Source: Bacteroidales bacterium (lineage in GTDB: Bacteria > Bacteroidota > Bacteroidia > Bacteroidales > WCHB1-69). From it: a stretch of DNA of 49,783 nucleotides. Each line of letters starts with the position of its first letter. The stretch's first letter is position 1. The DNA is taken from positions 1,642 to 51,424 of the forward strand of contig DAONEU010000002.1 of the NCBI GenBank assembly GCA_035403245.1, read 5' to 3'. Shown here piece after piece: positions 40,310 to 48,500 of the stretch. The notes below the pieces were generated by a model. The model did not search any database. It was given only the letters and a program-made list of their open reading frames with translations, and was not told where the DNA came from. The position numbers and the translations under genes were made by a program.

Positions 40310-41143
40310 TTGGATGATTTCTCCTTCGTTAATTGCTTTTTGTAAAAGGGATTCTTTGAGTTTATTGATGTATTTTACCTTCTTTTGTTGAATCAACATA
40401 CTTCTGATGCTGTTTTGTTCATCCGTCGTTTCTGAAGGGGTATATTGTGTCTTAAAATCAAGAAAAACAACCAGATATCGGTATTGATTATCAGATACAT
40501 CGATATTTTTATGATCACTTAATAATGCTTCTTTGTCATCAATATTAAACGGAAAATCTTGTTCTAAATAATCTAGTAACATCCATTGGTTGTCCTCTAA
40601 GAAATATTCAATGGAATCACCGCAGAGTTGGATTAGTTTCTTTTTTTCTGATACTCTTTTTTGGTCATTAAACAAAATATCCTTGATTTGATTTCCAACA
40701 ATTGATTTTTTGAAAAGCTTTACATAGTTAACACGAACAACATTTTGTTGAACAGGTTCAGACTCTTTATATTCACCAATAAAATGTTTCAATTCTTTTT
40801 CTGAAACCAAAAATTTCAAAGAATCCTCTGTTATTTTGTTAAAATAGGCTTCAATTAAAAGGTGTTCTTTATATTTTCTGATTTGTTCATCAAAGTTTTT
40901 TTCGCGTAGAGATAATTTTTTATCAGCTTCGTGAAGTAAAACTTGATCTCTTAGCCAGTCATTAACATACAAGTCAAACATCGCAATACTATCCTCCTTT
41001 AAGAGACCTGATGGGATGTTTTCCACTACCTCAGACTCAAACAATTTCTTATTATATACTTCTGCAACGATTCTGTTTTTTTTGTGTTGGCAAGAAGTTG
41101 AGATTATAATAACTAAGCTTAGAAAATAGATGATTTTTTTCAC
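40307..41143 (-). CDS. SurA N-domain-like periplasmic chaperone lipoprotein (no recognisable PPIase core)
   Basis: GTG start immediately after the upstream stop codon. Signal/lipobox-like LVIIISTSC. The Lys/Glu-rich helical sequence resembles the flanking domains of the upstream PPIase. Confidence 0.45.
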   Translation of the reverse strand: MKKIIYFLSLVIIISTSCQHKKNRIVAEVYNKKLFESEVVENIPSGLLKEDSIAMFDLYVNDWLRDQVLLHEADKKLSLREKNFDEQIRKYKEHLLIEAYFNKITEDSLKFLVSEKELKHFIGEYKESEPVQQNVVRVNYVKLFKKSIVGNQIKDILFNDQKRVSEKKKLIQLCGDSIEYFLEDNQWMLLDYLEQDFPFNIDDKEALLSDHKNIDVSDNQYRYLVVFLDFKTQYTPSETTDEQNSIRSMLIQQKKVKYINKLKESLLQKAINEGEIIQ

Positions 41144-42868
41144 TTATTTTTTTAAAATTGATTTAAAAACTTCTTCGTTAATCATAATAGGATAACGTTG
41201 TTTTAATTCAGATAACCAACGATTTTCAAGTTCATTTTGATATTCAGTCACAATAATAGCTCTAATTTCGTTAAAAGGTTTATTATATTGATCTTTAACA
41301 GATTCGTAGAATTTTGCAATTCCTATAGTATCTCTAAGAGCTTCATTCCAAACCTTTTGAGTATTGATTTCGAACAAGATCATACCTTCTCTATATTCAG
41401 TAACTAAATCGTTAAATTCAGGATATTTATTTTCAAGCATAGCGTTTTCATAGGTGAGAATTTTATCTTGAACATAGTAAGGAAAACGTTCTCTCAAAAA
41501 ATCTATTAAATCACCTTTGTAATCCATACCTTGAAAACGGGCAATAAATTTTGCAAATTCTGCAACACTTTCTTTTTGATCAGCATAGGTAAACAAAGGT
41601 TTTAGGTCTTCAATACCTTTTAATTTGGAGAGATCAGTAGTGTCCGGATTTTTGAAATAGTTTTCAGGGATATTTTTGGCTAAAAATTTGAAAGCTTTTT
41701 CTTTGTTTTTATCATTGTATTTATATTCTTTTTTAAGTTTTTCAACCAATGATTCTTTGCTTTTGTGGGATCTTTGATCTCTGGATATTTTATTTTTCAT
41801 TATATGAGAAAAAGTTTCATTTTCTGTGTCAACATATTCAATATTAACAACTTTAATGAAATGCCATCCTAAATTTGAAGCAACCGGAGTTAAAGAATAG
41901 GAGCCAGGTTGAATATTGATACAAGCTTGCACGAAACTACCTGCTCTGCGGTTAGGTGCGAAAGGTTCTATTTCGCCACCTTTTTCTTTAGTAGCTTTAT
42001 CATCGGAATATTCTTTAGCAATATTTTCAAATGAAACGCCTGAATTTAATTGTTCTTTAATAATATTAATTTTAGAAATAGTTTGATCACTCATTTGATT
42101 TGTCCTGGCAAGAGTATCTTCAATAAAAATTTGTTTTATGGAGATTTTATTCATTGCTTTAGCTTTGTCTTGAACCATTACCAAATGGTAGCCATATCCG
42201 GTGCGAATAGGCATTGAAATTGAACCAACAGGAGTGGAATAAGCACCAGTTTCAAAAGGATATATTAAATCAAAAACGGTAAAATAGCCTAACTCACCTT
42301 TATTTCCGTATTGCCAACGTTTAGATTGAGGATTGAATTGATCTTGAGCCGATTTATCATCAGAGTATTGAACTGCTGCTTCAAAAAAAGTTAGTTCTCC
42401 TTTTAGAATTTTATCTCTGATTTGTAATGCTTTTTTGTATGCTGTTAAAGTGTCTGAAGCGGAAGCAGTTGCAGAACAAGAAATTAAGATATGAGAGGCG
42501 CGGATATGAAATTTCGCACGTTCGATAGCTTCTTTAACTAATTGGTCAGTAACCTCTTTATCAATAAGATACTGTTGAGCAGATTGGGTTCTGTATGATG
42601 CAAGTTCTTTAATAAAAGCATTTGCCGTATCAATACCTTCAGAATAACCTTGTTTTACTTTTAATTTGAAATTAATATACAAATTCAAATATTCTCTAAT
42701 CTCTTGTTCCGTGGCCGTTTTGATATTATTGTTCTTTTTAAACGCATTAAGGAACTCTGTTTTAGTAACTTTATCATTACCGTAGGTAAACAAAATTTCA
42801 TCGTTTTTTTGAGAATAAGCAGTTGATAGAACGATGATTAAATAAAGAAATAAAATTGATTTTTTCAT
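41144..42868 (-). CDS. Periplasmic parvulin-type peptidyl-prolyl isomerase (SurA/PpiD-like, two parvulin domains)
   Basis: RASHILI...GELGYF...GYGYHLV and a second ...GGEIEPF...LGWHFIKV. The track start at 42895 is TTG; the ATG at 42868 gives the MKKSILFLYL signal peptide. Confidence 0.8.
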   Translation of the reverse strand: MKKSILFLYLIIVLSTAYSQKNDEILFTYGNDKVTKTEFLNAFKKNNNIKTATEQEIREYLNLYINFKLKVKQGYSEGIDTANAFIKELASYRTQSAQQYLIDKEVTDQLVKEAIERAKFHIRASHILISCSATASASDTLTAYKKALQIRDKILKGELTFFEAAVQYSDDKSAQDQFNPQSKRWQYGNKGELGYFTVFDLIYPFETGAYSTPVGSISMPIRTGYGYHLVMVQDKAKAMNKISIKQIFIEDTLARTNQMSDQTISKINIIKEQLNSGVSFENIAKEYSDDKATKEKGGEIEPFAPNRRAGSFVQACINIQPGSYSLTPVASNLGWHFIKVVNIEYVDTENETFSHIMKNKISRDQRSHKSKESLVEKLKKEYKYNDKNKEKAFKFLAKNIPENYFKNPDTTDLSKLKGIEDLKPLFTYADQKESVAEFAKFIARFQGMDYKGDLIDFLRERFPYYVQDKILTYENAMLENKYPEFNDLVTEYREGMILFEINTQKVWNEALRDTIGIAKFYESVKDQYNKPFNEIRAIIVTEYQNELENRWLSELKQRYPIMINEEVFKSILKK

Positions 42869-43023
42869 AGATATTTTATATTTTACAGTTTTCAAAAATT
42901 AAAGTGCAAATATATAAAAAAAGAGCTTTTAAACGAACAAACATTAATAAATACTTGAAATAATAATCTTATTTAAAATATTTTTTTTTAGTATAAATTA
43001 TACTATTGAATCAGTTTTTTTTG

Positions 43024-43031
43024 TATTTTTG
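43024..43031 (+). promoter_or_regulatory. -7 box TATTTTTG within the 16-mer TTTTTTGTATTTTTGC
   Basis: Matches TAnnTTTG, about 100 nt upstream of the rpsA ATG. Confidence 0.5.
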
Positions 43032-43132
43032 CAGACTCAAATTAAAAGAGGCTCTTTAATTTGATAATCAACCAGTTAACCTCTAAGTAAAACCTTTTAA
43101 AAAAATGATTTGCTTGCAAATCGAACAAAAAA

Positions 43133-45088
43133 ATGTCAGAAGAATTAATAAACAATCCGGAAATGGAAGTTAACAACGAAGAACAAGTTGTAGAAACTCC
43201 TGAAATTGAGAATGTTGAAGTTGAACAACCTGTTGCTGAAGTGGAAACAAAGGTAGTAAAAGAAGAATTACCAGAAGTTGAAGTAACTGCACCAAAGAAA
43301 ACCAAAGTTATTGAGAGTGCTTATCCATCTCTTGATGAATTCAATTGGGATTCTATTGAGAAAAAAGGGTCAAAATATTCTGCAACTGAACAAGATAGAT
43401 ATGAAGATCTTTACACTAAATCTTTCAAATCAATTGATGAAAATGAGGTGATTCTAGGTAGTATCGTTTCTATCAATAGTAGAGAAATTGTTGTTAATAT
43501 TGGGTTCAAATCAGATGGTGTTATTTCAGCTAATGAATTACGTTACAATTCTGATTTAAAAATTGGAGACACTATTGAAGTTTATGTTGAAAATCAAGAA
43601 GATGCAACAGGCCAATTACAATTGTCTCACAAAAAAGCTCGTTTATTACAATCTTGGAATCGTGTTAATTTAGCATACGATAATCAAGAAATCATAACCG
43701 GTTATGTAAAATGTAGAACTAAAGGTGGTTTAATCGTTGATGTATTTGGTATTGAAGCATTCTTACCAGGTTCTCAAATCGATGTTAAACCTATTCGTGA
43801 TTATGATATTTATGTTAACAAAACTATGGAATTCAAGGTGGTTAAAATTAACCATGAATACAAAAACGTAGTAGTTTCACATAAAGCATTAATTGAAGAT
43901 GAATTAGAAGCTCAAAAAGCTGAAATTATTGCACGTCTTGAAAAAGGACAAATTTTGGAAGGAACTGTTAAAAATATCACAAGCTACGGTGTATTTATCG
44001 ATTTAGGTGGTGTTGACGGTTTAATTCACATTACAGACCTTTCATGGGGAAGAATTATCCACCCAGAAGAGATTGTTCAATTAGATCAAAAAATCAATGT
44101 TGTTATCCTTGATTTCGACGAAAACAAGAAACGTATTGCATTAGGATTAAAACAATTAACTCCACATCCATGGGATGCATTAGATACAAATCTAGCCATT
44201 GGTGATAAAGTAAAAGGTAAAGTTGTCGTTATCGCTGATTACGGTGCATTTATTGAAGTACTTCCAGGAGTTGAAGGTCTTGTTCACGTATCTGAAATGT
44301 CTTGGTCACAACATTTACGTACTGCTCATGATTTCTTAAAAGTAGGTGATGAAATTGAAGCAGTTATTCTTACTTTAGATCGTGACGAAAGAAAAATGTC
44401 ATTGGGTATTAAACAATTAATTCCAGATCCATGGGAAAATATTGTTAGCAGATATCCAGTAAATTCTAAACATACAGCTACAGTTCGTAATTTCACTAAC
44501 TTTGGTATTTTTGTTGAATTAGAAGAGGGTGTAGATGGATTAATCCATATTTCAGATCTTTCCTGGTCTAAAAAAATCAAACATCCAGCTGAATTTACAA
44601 AAATTGGTGATTCTATAGAAGTTGTTGTTTTAGAAGTAGATGTTGATAATCGTCGTTTGAGCTTAGGTCACAAACAACTAGAAGAAAATCCATGGGATGT
44701 ATTTGAATCTATCTTTACAATTGGTTCTGATCATGAAGGTACTATCATCAGCCAAAATGATAAAGGGTATGTAATCGCTTTATCTTACGGAATTGAAGGA
44801 TTTGCATTCAACAGAGCAATGGCAAAAGAAGACAAATCAAATCCAAAGGTTGAAGAGATTTTAATGTTTAAAGTAATTGAATTCTCAAAAGAGGCAAAGA
44901 AAATTACATTATCTCACACCAAAACATGGCAAGAATCTAAAGAAGAAGAAGAAAAACGCAATGTTTCTGAAGATAAAAAGAAACAAAAAGAGATCACTAA
45001 GATCAATGATAATAATGAAAAATCAACCTTAGGAGATTTAAGTGTACTTCAAAACTTACAAGCTGACTTAAAGAGAAAAGAAAAATAG
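43133..45088 (+). CDS. rpsA: 30S ribosomal protein S1
   Basis: Six S1/OB repeats (for example GTVKNITSYGVFIDLGGVDGLIHITDLSW). Has an acidic N-terminal extension and a Lys/Glu-rich tail. Confidence 0.9.
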   Translation: MSEELINNPEMEVNNEEQVVETPEIENVEVEQPVAEVETKVVKEELPEVEVTAPKKTKVIESAYPSLDEFNWDSIEKKGSKYSATEQDRYEDLYTKSFKSIDENEVILGSIVSINSREIVVNIGFKSDGVISANELRYNSDLKIGDTIEVYVENQEDATGQLQLSHKKARLLQSWNRVNLAYDNQEIITGYVKCRTKGGLIVDVFGIEAFLPGSQIDVKPIRDYDIYVNKTMEFKVVKINHEYKNVVVSHKALIEDELEAQKAEIIARLEKGQILEGTVKNITSYGVFIDLGGVDGLIHITDLSWGRIIHPEEIVQLDQKINVVILDFDENKKRIALGLKQLTPHPWDALDTNLAIGDKVKGKVVVIADYGAFIEVLPGVEGLVHVSEMSWSQHLRTAHDFLKVGDEIEAVILTLDRDERKMSLGIKQLIPDPWENIVSRYPVNSKHTATVRNFTNFGIFVELEEGVDGLIHISDLSWSKKIKHPAEFTKIGDSIEVVVLEVDVDNRRLSLGHKQLEENPWDVFESIFTIGSDHEGTIISQNDKGYVIALSYGIEGFAFNRAMAKEDKSNPKVEEILMFKVIEFSKEAKKITLSHTKTWQESKEEEEKRNVSEDKKKQKEITKINDNNEKSTLGDLSVLQNLQADLKRKEK

Positions 45089-45109
45089 TCTAAAGTCTAT
45101 ATAATAATG

Positions 45110-45138
45110 AAAGGCCGCATTTGCGGCCTTTTTTTTTG
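45110..45138 (+). terminator. Intrinsic terminator of rpsA
   Basis: aaaggccgc attt gcggccttt hairpin followed by a T-run. Confidence 0.85.
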
Positions 45139-45317
45139 ATATTTTGACAACGGGAACCTTTACCGACGAAGCACTGCAATTATATTCTAATAAATAACGG
45201 ATGAAATGCATGCTAAATACTTCATTTAGAAGTGCTTTTGAAGTTATAATAATTTGCATCCAAACAGCACCCTACTTTTATAAGAATAACTTTTTCCCTG
45301 ATTACCATTCCCCAAAA

Positions 45318-45352
45318 CTCTTAACTCTTCACTCTTATCTCTTAACTCTTTT
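45318..45352. repeat. Degenerate heptamer array (CTCTTNN) x 5
   Basis: ctcttaa ctcttca ctcttat ctcttaa ctctttt, directly abutting the G+C-rich element. Confidence 0.8.
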
Positions 45353-45353
45353 A

Positions 45354-45598
45354 GGCATTCCCCTTTGGCGTTGCTCAACTCAATTCCCAACTCATCGAAT
45401 ATGAAAACCGTCGCTAGCCAAAGGGTCGGTCTCCGGCCTGTACTCCTCGTTTCGCTGCAAGGGTCTGAGCGGCCGGGCAGTAGCTCCCAGGGTCGCTCTG
45501 CCCGATCCGTCATCCCCTAAGCAGCTCAACTTGCGGGGTACTTGGCCTTCGCCCTAATGCGGGAGGGAAACCCCGCATTAGGGCGAAGCCGGAATGCC
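45354..45598. ncRNA. Candidate structured RNA or palindromic element of unassigned family (G+C-rich island)
   Basis: Closing helix ggcattcc (45354-45361) / ggaatgcc (45591-45598). Helix ccctttggc (45361-45369) / gccaaaggg (45417-45425). Hairpin cgggcag...ctgcccg (45474-45504). A 17-bp perfect helix 45547-45563 / 45572-45588 with loop agggaaac. Only Arg/Pro-rich shadow ORFs are present. Strand undetermined. Confidence 0.45.
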
Positions 45599-45610
45599 CA
45601 ATTAAAATGT

Positions 45611-45657
45611 AAAAAAAAAAATTTGTAGTCAACTGATCGCTGACTACAAACTTTTTT
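45611..45657. terminator. Bidirectional intrinsic terminator (pckA; possibly also a plus-strand transcript)
   Basis: A-run, 10-bp stem tttgtagtca/tgactacaaa with a 9-nt loop, then a T-run. It lies 25 nt downstream of the pckA stop codon. Confidence 0.8.
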
Positions 45658-45681
45658 GATGAGTTATACTGTTTAAAGGGA

Positions 45682-47307
45682 TTAAACCATAGGTCCGAAT
45701 TGAACCAAGGATTCACCGTCTTTAGTATCAGTGAAAGTTTTGAAGTTTTTAACAAATGAAGCTGCTAAATTATTTGCAGATTTTTGGAATGCTTCTTTAT
45801 CGTTCCAGCTGTTGGCAGGATTTAAAATGTGGTCAGCAATTCCTTCAATGTGTTTAGGTATTGTTAGATTAAAAGGATATACGATTTCAGTTTCACAATC
45901 GATCAATTCATCATTTAAAATGGCAGAAATGATACGTCTTGTGTCTTTGATTGAGATTCTTTTACCACCTGAGTTGAAACCACCGCCAATCCATCCAGTG
46001 TTCACTAAATAGGCAGTTGCATTGTGTTCTTCCATTTTTTTACCAAACACATCAGCATATTTTGTTGGATGCAACATTAAGAAAGCAGCTCCAAAGCAGG
46101 ATGAGAATGTTGGTGTTGGTTCAACGATTCCTCTTTCAGTTCCGGCTAATTTTGCAGTATATCCACTTAAGAAATAGTACATCATTTGTTCTTTAGACAA
46201 TAAAGAAACGGGAGGTAAAATGCCAAATGCATCAGCTGATAAGAAAATAACTTTTTTTGGATGTGTTCCTTTTGATTCCGGTTTAACAATATTTTCAATG
46301 TGGTGGATAGGGTAGGATACACGAGTGTTTTCTGTTTTATCTGCCGAAGAAAAATCAATGTTTCCTTCGTTATCAATAACTAGATTCTCTAGTAATGCAT
46401 CTCTTCTGATTGCATTATAGATTTCAGGTTCATTTTCTTTACTTAAATTGATACATTTTGCATAACATCCTCCTTCGAAATTGAAAACGCCTTCATTATC
46501 CCAACCATGTTCGTCGTCACCAATTAATGCTCTTTCAGGGTCTGTAGATAGAGTAGTCTTTCCGGTACCTGAAAGGCCAAAGAAAATTGCAGTTTCTCCG
46601 TTTTTCCCTTGATTAGCGGAACAGTGCATTGAAGCAATTCCATTAAGAGGCAAGAAATAGTTCATTACTGAAAAAATTCCTTTTTTCATTTCTCCACCGT
46701 ACCAAGATCCACCAATTAGTGCCATCTTTTCGGTTAAATTAAAGGCAATAAATACATCACTGTTCAAACCTTGCTCTTTCCAATTTGGATTAGATGCTTT
46801 ACAGCAATTCATAACTACAAAGTCTGGCTCAAAGTTTTCTAAAGCTTCTTGAGGAGGACGGATAAACATATTTTTTACAAAATGAGCTTGCCATGCCACC
46901 TCAGTGATAAAGCGAATTTTTAGTCTTGAATCCAAATTGGCACCTGCCCATAAATCCATTACATAAACATCTTTATTCTCTAATTGGTTTTGACAGATGT
47001 TTTTTAAATGGTTCCAAATTTCAGGAGTTATTGCTTTATTATCTGAGCTTTTTTTAGTAGGATCATGCCACCAAATGTTGTTTTCAGTGTTTTGATCTTT
47101 TACAACATATTTATCTTTTGGAGATCTTCCGGTAAATATGCCGGTGTCAACAGATAATGCTCCCGATTTAGTCATGTAAGCTTTTTCATAGCCTTCAAGA
47201 TTGGGTCGAGTTTCATGATTAAACAATTCATCATAACTTAGATTATGATAGATTTTTCCGGAATTTTGAATGCCTAAGGCGCGCAGTTGCTCTTTGATAT
47301 TGTTCAT
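45682..47307 (-). CDS. pckA: Phosphoenolpyruvate carboxykinase (ATP)
   Basis: [11 protein letters not shown] kinase-1a motif, DDEHGW, and about 540 aa, typical of ATP-dependent PEPCK. Confidence 0.9.
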   Translation of the reverse strand: MNNIKEQLRALGIQNSGKIYHNLSYDELFNHETRPNLEGYEKAYMTKSGALSVDTGIFTGRSPKDKYVVKDQNTENNIWWHDPTKKSSDNKAITPEIWNHLKNICQNQLENKDVYVMDLWAGANLDSRLKIRFITEVAWQAHFVKNMFIRPPQEALENFEPDFVVMNCCKASNPNWKEQGLNSDVFIAFNLTEKMALIGGSWYGGEMKKGIFSVMNYFLPLNGIASMHCSANQGKNGETAIFFGLSGTGKTTLSTDPERALIGDDEHGWDNEGVFNFEGGCYAKCINLSKENEPEIYNAIRRDALLENLVIDNEGNIDFSSADKTENTRVSYPIHHIENIVKPESKGTHPKKVIFLSADAFGILPPVSLLSKEQMMYYFLSGYTAKLAGTERGIVEPTPTFSSCFGAAFLMLHPTKYADVFGKKMEEHNATAYLVNTGWIGGGFNSGGKRISIKDTRRIISAILNDELIDCETEIVYPFNLTIPKHIEGIADHILNPANSWNDKEAFQKSANNLAASFVKNFKTFTDTKDGESLVQFGPMV

Positions 47308-47381
47308 ATATATTTTATTTGGTTATATTTCAGATATATAATTCAGCTACTATGTAATAATTTTGTAACATTATCATTTTG

Positions 47382-47389
47382 CAAACTTA
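47382..47389 (-). promoter_or_regulatory. -7 box TAAGTTTG (minus strand)
   Basis: The reverse complement of caaactta matches TAnnTTTG, 75 nt upstream of the pckA ATG. Confidence 0.4.
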
Positions 47390-47483
47390 AATAACATAAT
47401 TTGATTAAAATACTGATTTATATTTTTTTAAGAATTTTTAGGAATTTTTGGAGATAAATAAAATTTTGAACTTAATTATTATG

Positions 47484-47491
47484 TATTTTTG
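47484..47491 (+). promoter_or_regulatory. -7 box TATTTTTG
   Basis: Matches TAnnTTTG, 41 nt upstream of the ferritin ATG. Confidence 0.5.
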
Positions 47492-47531
47492 CTTAAAGAA
47501 ATTTAAAATTAACAATTAAATACCTAAAATT

Positions 47532-48038
47532 ATGATAAACAAAAGAATCGAAGAAGCCATCAACAATCAAATCAACGCTGAACTATGGTCAGCCTATTTA
47601 TACTTGTCCATGTCTTTAGATTGTGCATCTAAAGGTTTACAAGGAGCCGCAAACTGGTTTGATATTCAATTTCAGGAAGAGCAAGCACATGCTTTAAAAT
47701 TTAAAAATTATTTAGTGGCAAGGGGCGCAAAAGTAACTTTGATGCCAATAGCTGAAGTAAAAACAGAATGGCCTAGTTTGTTAGAGATCTTTAAAGATAC
47801 TTTACATCATGAACAAAAAGTAACTGCTCTGTTGAATAATATTTACAAAATCGCTTTGGAGGAATCTGATGTGGCGACTCAATCCATGTTAAAATGGTTT
47901 ATTGATGAGCAAGTGGAAGAGGAAGAAAACGCAAATAGTATGATTGATGCCTTAAAAATGATTGGGGATAATGGGTATGGACTTTATATGCTAGATAAAG
48001 AGTTGGCTACCAGAGTTTTTGTTCCAATTCCTGCTTAG
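47532..48038 (+). CDS. Non-heme ferritin
   Basis: 168 aa four-helix-bundle pattern with ferroxidase ligands ([10 protein letters not shown]..., QEEQAHA, HEQ). Confidence 0.8.
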   Translation: MINKRIEEAINNQINAELWSAYLYLSMSLDCASKGLQGAANWFDIQFQEEQAHALKFKNYLVARGAKVTLMPIAEVKTEWPSLLEIFKDTLHHEQKVTALLNNIYKIALEESDVATQSMLKWFIDEQVEEEENANSMIDALKMIGDNGYGLYMLDKELATRVFVPIPA

Positions 48039-48107
48039 TCCCTAGAGAAATAATGAAAAAAAATACAAAAAAAATCAAAAATATGACGAGTCGTATATAA
48101 TTTTTTG

Positions 48108-48115
48108 TATTTTTG
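48108..48115 (+). promoter_or_regulatory. -7 box TATTTTTG within the 16-mer TTTTTTGTATTTTTGC
   Basis: Ends 4 nt before the first tRNA nucleotide. Confidence 0.55.
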
Positions 48116-48119
48116 CGGC

Positions 48120-48207
<88 letters not shown>

Positions 48208-48210
48208 GAA

Positions 48211-48249
48211 CGCCTAAAGTGCTGAAATTTCACACTTTAGGCGTTTTTT
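48211..48249 (+). terminator. Intrinsic terminator after tRNA-Ser
   Basis: 11-bp stem cgcctaaagtg/cactttaggcg followed by TTTTTT. Confidence 0.85.
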
Positions 48250-48450
48250 CTTTCCCTTTTTTCACATTTTTCACTTTTTTATTCTTCATAATATTAGAAT
48301 TTTTCGCTAAAATTATAATTACAGTCATACATCATCTTTGCGGATTTTTTCTCAAAAATCTTCCATTAATTTTTTCCACTATTGAAAAAAATGAATTAAT
48401 AAATTTTAATATATTTTAAGAAAAATTAACAAAATATTCGAAATTTTTTG

Positions 48451-48458
48451 TATTTTTG
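48451..48458 (+). promoter_or_regulatory. -7 box TATTTTTG within the 16-mer TTTTTTGTATTTTTGC
   Basis: Lies 43 nt upstream of the ATG at 48501. Confidence 0.5.
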
Positions 48459-48500
48459 CGCGTCACAATAATATATAATGTTGTCTCTAAATATGGTATA

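Noticed and set aside
43042-43305. 87-aa minus-strand ORF across the rpsA start
   Set aside because: It is a Ser/Thr-rich antisense translation of the acidic S1 N-terminal region and overlaps the rpsA leader and start codon. It is a shadow ORF.
45250-45660. Assigning the G+C-rich element to RNase P RNA, tmRNA, SRP/4.5S RNA or a riboswitch
   Set aside because: On neither strand is there a GGAAAGUCC (P4) motif, a tRNA-like acceptor/T-arm (GGTTCGA-type), or an SRP domain IV GNAR-loop/AGCAGC arrangement. No gene lies downstream in either direction for a cis-regulator. These are eye checks only, and cmscan is still needed.
45244-45755. Track ORFs 45244-45513 (-, 89 aa) and 45510-45755 (-, 81 aa), plus 45201-45404 (+, 67 aa), covering the G+C-rich element
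   Set aside because: The translations are Arg/Pro/Gly-rich, as expected for random reading of G+C-rich DNA. They cross two intrinsic terminators or overlap the pckA 3' end, and have no start context. I treat them as non-coding.
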